From assembly GCA_050331735.1 (NCBI GenBank), contig JBHJGN010000029.1, forward strand, positions 96,001 through 160,000: a stretch of DNA of 64,000 nucleotides, in the 5' to 3' direction. This document shows positions 60,804-64,000 of the stretch, piece by piece; the first letter of the stretch is position 1, and the number at the start of each line of letters is the position of its first letter. Below the pieces are notes generated by a model. That model saw nothing but the letters and a program-made list of their open reading frames with translations, did no database searches and had not been told where the DNA came from. The stretch comes from Cyanophyceae cyanobacterium (GTDB taxonomy: Bacteria > Cyanobacteriota > Cyanobacteriia > Cyanobacteriales > JBHJGN01). The translations under genes were made by a program, and so were the position numbers.

Positions 60804-61551
60804 ACTCAAGAAAGCCAAAATGCTTTAAGCCTTCTAGAATACCACCTGCTGCCGATGCTTGAGCCAGGTAGCGATGGTCGGCGCAATTTTCGCGGTACCA
60901 CTGAAGCAGTTCAGGACGGGCATTGCCGACAATCACGCCTCGTTCGTCACCGCCAAATAAAGCAATGTCGTTACCCGAGTCGCCGCAGACAACCGTTTGT
61001 TCGGCGCTAATCTTCCATTTTTGCCGCAAAAACTGAATGGCTAACCCTTTATCTCCTTTGGCTGGCAAAATATCTAAATCCTCGCCTCCGCTGTAGATTA
61101 CCTTAAAGCTTAAGTTCTGCTCAGTTAGCGCTGATTCTAGTCGCGGAATCAACTCATCCGCGACTGTTTCGCTCAAGAAATAGCTGACTTTGAACGGATT
61201 TTGTTCGGAATCCGCTTGCGGAGTTAAGTCTGAAAAATGTCCGGCGATCGCCACTACTTGTTCGCGATCCCACTCCGACGATAAAATCTGCGCCCAGTTT
61301 GCATCAAAGGCATCTTGAGTGGGATCAAAATACAGTTCCGTGCCGACGGAGGTAATCAGGGCATCGGGAGGTAGCAGAGACTGTTCTTGAGTCAGTTGGC
61401 GGTAGCGAAACAGCGATCGCCCAGTAACGTAGACAATTCGCGTTTGATTTTCTTGACGATGCCGATGTAGCTGTTGATTGAGTTCTGCAAGGGCAGCCTC
61501 GTCGCCGACGAGAGTATGATCTAAATCGGTAGCAAATAAGAAGGATGACAT
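60802..61551 (-). CDS. spp: Sucrose-phosphate phosphatase (HAD IIB)
   Basis: TDLDHTLVGD, YVTGRS, SEQNPFKVSY, DLDILP..DKG and CGDSGND motifs. Confidence 0.92.
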   Translation of the reverse strand: MSSFLFATDLDHTLVGDEAALAELNQQLHRHRQENQTRIVYVTGRSLFRYRQLTQEQSLLPPDALITSVGTELYFDPTQDAFDANWAQILSSEWDREQVVAIAGHFSDLTPQADSEQNPFKVSYFLSETVADELIPRLESALTEQNLSFKVIYSGGEDLDILPAKGDKGLAIQFLRQKWKISAEQTVVCGDSGNDIALFGGDERGVIVGNARPELLQWYRENCADHRYLAQASAAGGILEGLKHFGFLE

Positions 61552-61849
61552 GGTTGCTCAGATTAGGAAACCTCACAGTTTAAAGTAAGGGGAGAGGGTC
61601 GCCTTAAGCAAGCGTTGCTCTGCGACTGTTCCTAGCGCACAGAGACAGAAATCGGGAACGGGGCCCATATTCAGCTTGTTTCTCTGTGCTGTTTTCCGTC
61701 AGCTCGCGACACTGATTGGCCAGTAAATCGGCTAAATTCTGCCTTTTACTAGGGTAGGCTTTTCTGTTTGACCTTGAAGCTCCAAGTTTCGCTGTAGCTT
61801 TTTGAGCATCATTTATCTAAACTGGGAACATTGAGCTGGAAAGAAGACG

Positions 61850-62161
61850 ATGGCATTTAAAAGCTCAGACAAAGCGAAAGAGGCTGCCCAGCGCCGAGCT
61901 AAGCAACTTCAACAGCAGAAGAAAAAGCTGGCTAAACAGCAAAAAAGACAGGTAATCGCTCAGCAGAGAAAAGCCCAGCAGGTGCAAAAACAACAGCAAC
62001 AGTTAAGAAAAAAACAGGCAAAAGCGAGGCAGCGTCCTAGTGCTCAGCCAGCGAGTCAGCGACGCAGACGACGAATTCAGCTCGGGGTGCTAGAAATTAC
62101 AGCTTTAGTATTTATCGTTCTCGCTCTTCCAATCATTATTTTTGTATTCTCTTTTATGTGA
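61850..62161 (+). CDS. Hypothetical Lys/Gln-rich protein with C-terminal TM anchor
   Basis: ATG ORF with a low-complexity coiled coil and a terminal hydrophobic helix. Confidence 0.6.
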   Translation: MAFKSSDKAKEAAQRRAKQLQQQKKKLAKQQKRQVIAQQRKAQQVQKQQQQLRKKQAKARQRPSAQPASQRRRRRIQLGVLEITALVFIVLALPIIIFVFSFM

Positions 62162-62583
62162 CAATCGTCCTATATTCTTCATAGCCACAATCGCTCTTCT
62201 ACAGCACTCTTGAGCGTCCTGGAGAGAGCTTCTACCAAAAGCTGCCGCGCTCAAGCTGTTACGCAGTCAAAATGCAGCCCCCATCCTCTTACGTCAGCAG
62301 CTTAAGAGCACCCAACGATTTGCTATGACTCAACTAGAGCTAGAAAAAAAACTTGCTTGAATGGCTCTGAACTAACGTCAGGACAAACCAGCCATGATAA
62401 ATTGCTGTTCGGTTGGGGAAAGAGTATTAATGTTTGGAGATTGCACCATTGTGCTTGTGGTTGTCGTGACAGACACTCGTTTTGGATTAATAAGATCCTA
62501 AACTAAAAGAATCTATTCCTTGTCACGCGCCGCGAATACGGTTCGATGCTCACCCTTACAAAAGCTTATTCATTGCTAAGTCT

Positions 62584-64000
62584 ATGACAGTAGATTTCGA
62601 CTTCAGTCACTACTATACCTACGACGAACTGGTTCGCTACCTCCATTCACTAGCTCAAGCATACCCTCAGTTAATTAGCCTCAAAGTAATCGGACAAAGC
62701 TACGCCGAACGAGATATCTGGATCGCAATCGTTACCACTCAAAATAAGCCTGCTCTGGAAAAGCCAGGGTACTGGATTGATGCGAATACCCACGCCGGAG
62801 AAGTAACAGGATCGGCAGTAGCTCTCTACACAATTTACACCCTACTGACGCAGTACGCACAGAATGCCCAAATTACTCATCTCTTGGATAATTATACCGT
62901 TTATGTGCTCCCCAGAATTGCTGTTGACGGGGCCGAAAAATATTTAACGACTCCTTATAAATTACGCTCCAGCATCCGAGCCTATCCTCATACGGATGAG
63001 CGGGATGGACTTTATCCCGAAGATATCGATGGCGATGGCTTAATTCTGCACATGCGGATTCAAGACCACTGCGGAGCCTGGAAAGTTTCAGACAAAGAGC
63101 CTCGGATTATGGTGCGCCGCGAACCCGATGAGTTTGGCGGCACTTACTATACGGTGCTCCAGGAAGGTTTGATTCGCAACTACGACGGCTACGAGATTCA
63201 GCCTGCTCCTAATTTGGAAGGGCTGGACTTTAACCGCAATTACCCGCATCAGTGGGAACCAGAGGCTAGTCAGCAGGGCGCGGGGGAGTTTCCGTTTTCT
63301 GAGCCCGAAACCCGTGCTGAAGCGGAATTTTGGCGCGAACATCGCAACATCAACGGCTTTATCACCTTTCATACTTACTCTGCGGTTATTCTCCGTCCTT
63401 ATGGCACTCACGCCGACGACTATTTCCCGGTCGAGGATTTAGAAATGTACAAGCTGATTGGGCGCAAAGGCACTGAGTTGACAGGCTATCGGTGTATCTC
63501 CAGCTATCACGATTTCCGCTACCACCCGAAAGAAGTCACGACGGGCATTATGGACGACTATGCCTACGATCACTTTGGCTGGTACGGCTTCACCGTGGAG
63601 CTTTGGGATGCGCCGACGGCGGCGGGAGTGGAGAAAAAAGATCTCGTAGAGTGGTTTCGCTGGCATCCTCCCGACGACGAGCTAAAAATTATGCAGTGGA
63701 ACGACGAGAAGCTAGGCGGAAAAGGATTTATCGACTGGCATCCCGTTGAACATCCCCAGCTCGGTACGGTAGAAATTGGCGGCTGGGATTTTAAACGTAT
63801 GTGGCAGAATGCCCCTACAGAGTATCTCCCGGAACTGTGCGAGAAACACTGTCGCTTTGCCATTGCCCATGCGCTGATGTCCCCTCGATTGGCAGTTGCC
63901 CGCACCTCTGTCACTCACCAAGGAGGCGATGTTTATCACGTCGTTGTGCAGCTTGAAAATCAGGGCTTTTTACCCACCTACACCAGTCAGAAAGCTCTAG
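62584..64000 (+). CDS. M14 zinc carboxypeptidase (3' partial; not in ORF track)
   Basis: MTVDFDFSHYYTYDEL, DANTHAGEVTG (HxxE), GLDFNRNYP, PFSEPETRA and FITFHTYS; the frame runs off the window end. Confidence 0.92.
   Translation, partial: MTVDFDFSHYYTYDELVRYLHSLAQAYPQLISLKVIGQSYAERDIWIAIVTTQNKPALEKPGYWIDANTHAGEVTGSAVALYTIYTLLTQYAQNAQITHLLDNYTVYVLPRIAVDGAEKYLTTPYKLRSSIRAYPHTDERDGLYPEDIDGDGLILHMRIQDHCGAWKVSDKEPRIMVRREPDEFGGTYYTVLQEGLIRNYDGYEIQPAPNLEGLDFNRNYPHQWEPEASQQGAGEFPFSEPETRAEAEFWREHRNINGFITFHTYSAVILRPYGTHADDYFPVEDLEMYKLIGRKGTELTGYRCISSYHDFRYHPKEVTTGIMDDYAYDHFGWYGFTVELWDAPTAAGVEKKDLVEWFRWHPPDDELKIMQWNDEKLGGKGFIDWHPVEHPQLGTVEIGGWDFKRMWQNAPTEYLPELCEKHCRFAIAHALMSPRLAVARTSVTHQGGDVYHVVVQLENQGFLPTYTSQKAL

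Larger units (their letters stand above)
1..64000. repeat. HIP1 octamer (GCGATCGC) dispersed through the window
   Basis: Dozens of copies by eye, in coding and intergenic DNA; a cyanobacterial signature. Confidence 0.85.

Noticed and set aside
62378..62476. Possible 32-aa minus-strand ORF
   Set aside because: No RBS, motif or other support.
63088..63939. Short ORFs listed in the track at the window end
   Set aside because: They are shadows of the plus-strand M14 peptidase that starts at 62584.

Overview
A chromosomal window from a cyanobacterium, judged from frequent HIP1 octamers (GCGATCGC), heptamer/short dispersed repeats and typical cyanobacterial gene order. It is mostly housekeeping genes (purB, thiE/thiS, futB, srx, exbBD, ispF, gnd, trpC, lpdA, murA, smc, ruvA, spp), two tRNAs (Gly-CCC, Leu-CAG) and a partial M14 carboxypeptidase gene at each end. 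The most notable accessory or unexplained structures are: (1) two decayed attC-like sites around a GNAT gene that sits among toxin-antitoxin genes (16.9-18.5 kb), a possible integrase-less cassette array; (2) a stand-alone mysC mycosporine ligase followed by two methyltransferases, with no mysA/mysB in the window; (3) a split OmpR-type two-component locus with two identically built TGTCA-N6-TGTCA-N11-CACAAT promoters, one in front of an uncalled 55-aa signal-peptide ORF; (4) an AT-rich three-gene operon ending in a small PD-(D/E)XK-like nuclease; (5) murA apparently starting at ATT; (6) LexA-like boxes before smc and a hypothetical gene; (7) two dispersed repeat families, one with compensatory stem changes. 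All calls come from reading motifs by eye; no database searches were run.
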